Assembly (NCBI GenBank): GCA_038087875.1
Contig: JAXLNO010000597.1
Location: forward strand, 1-64,000
Direction: 5' to 3'
DNA length: 64,000 nucleotides
Origin: Malacoraja senta
Lineage: Eukaryota
In this document: positions 63,085-64,000 of the stretch, piece after piece
How positions within the stretch are numbered: the stretch's first letter is position 1
How the letters are laid out: each line of letters begins with the position of its first letter
Notes under the pieces: model-generated
What the model saw: only the letters and a program-made list of their open reading frames with translations
Told to the model about the DNA's origin: nothing
The model's database searches: none
Program-made: the position numbers and the translations under genes

Positions 63085-63980
63085 AAGTCATGTTATAGAA
63101 GCAGAATTAAGCTATTCGGCCCATCAAGTCTACTCCGCCATTCAATCATGGCTGATCTATCTTTCCCTCTCAACCACATTCTCCTGCCTTCTCTCCCTTA
63201 TCCCTGACACCCGCACTAATCAAGAAACTGGTAAAAAAAAATACCCAAAGACTTGGCCTTAACAGTTGTCAATGGCAATGAATCTCAGATTCACCATACT
63301 CTGACAAAATTAATTCCTCCTCATCTTTCCAAAGGTATGTCCTTTAATTCCGAGGCTATGACTCTCCCACTAGTAGAAACATCCTCTCAACATACACTCT
63401 ATCAAGGCCTTTCACAATTCGTTAAGTTTCAATGAGGTGTTCCCCTCATCCTTCTAAACTCCAGAGAGTATAGGGCCCAGTGCCATCAAATGTTTATCAT
63501 ATGCTGAGCCACTCATTCCTGGAATAATTCTTGTAAACTTCCTCTGGATCCTCTCCAAAACCAGCAAATCTTTCCTCAGATAAGGGGCCCAAAACTGCTC
63601 AGAAACTCCAAATCCAGTCTGACCAGTGCCTTATAAAGCCTCAGCATGACATCCCTGTTTTATATTCAAGTCCGATCAACTACTACTGAATCAACTTGCA
63701 AATTAACCTTTTGGGAATCCTGCACCAGCACTCTCAAGTCCTTTTACATCCATGTCTTTATTCTTGCTACCAATATGCATGACTCCACACTTTGCTACAC
63801 TATATTCCATCTGCCACTTCTCCGCCCACTCTCCTATCCTGTCCATGTCCTTCTGCAGAGTCCCTGCTTTCTCTGCACTACCTGCCCCTCCAACTATCTT
63901 CGTATCATCTGCAAACTTGGCCAAAAAGCCTTCAATCCCCTCATCCAAATCATTAATATACAACGTGAAGAGTAGCGGCC
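63085..63980 (-). mobile_element. CR1 LINE RT/3' fragment
   Basis: ORF 63703..63963 YINDLDEGIEGFLAKFADDTKI...WAEKWQMEYSVAKCGVMHIG. Confidence 0.9.
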
Positions 63981-64000
63981 CCTTTGGGGTGCCCCGGTGG

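Overview
AT-rich, CpG-poor vertebrate intronic or intergenic DNA, most likely from a cartilaginous fish (skate/ray-like; inferred from the repeat content, not from a search). No host protein-coding exon, structural RNA gene or CRISPR array could be supported. The recognisable sequence is nested mobile DNA: (1) one nearly intact 1.6-kb IR/DR-type Tc1 transposon (DD34E; two nonsense codons, no frameshift); (2) twelve non-coding, CpG-rich elements that share one terminal inverted repeat (WGGGCCTGTCCCAC...GTGGGACAGGCCCW) and mostly 3-bp TAA/TTA/TCA flanks but differ inside (PIF/Harbinger-like MITEs); (3) Penelope-like (PLE) RT and GIY-YIG fragments plus about 15 short PLE-end derivatives, many of them fold-back palindromes with their own target-site duplications, carrying a minimal hammerhead-ribozyme-like core (CTGAAGA-stem-GAAACGTC); (4) tRNA-derived V-SINEs, CR1, Rex1/Babar-like, RTE and L1 fragments and old Deu-SINE-like remnants. 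Three short insertions copied from nearby DNA and two 5' fold-backs look like template-switch scars. Family names come from motif recognition by eye; boundaries of decayed repeats are approximate.
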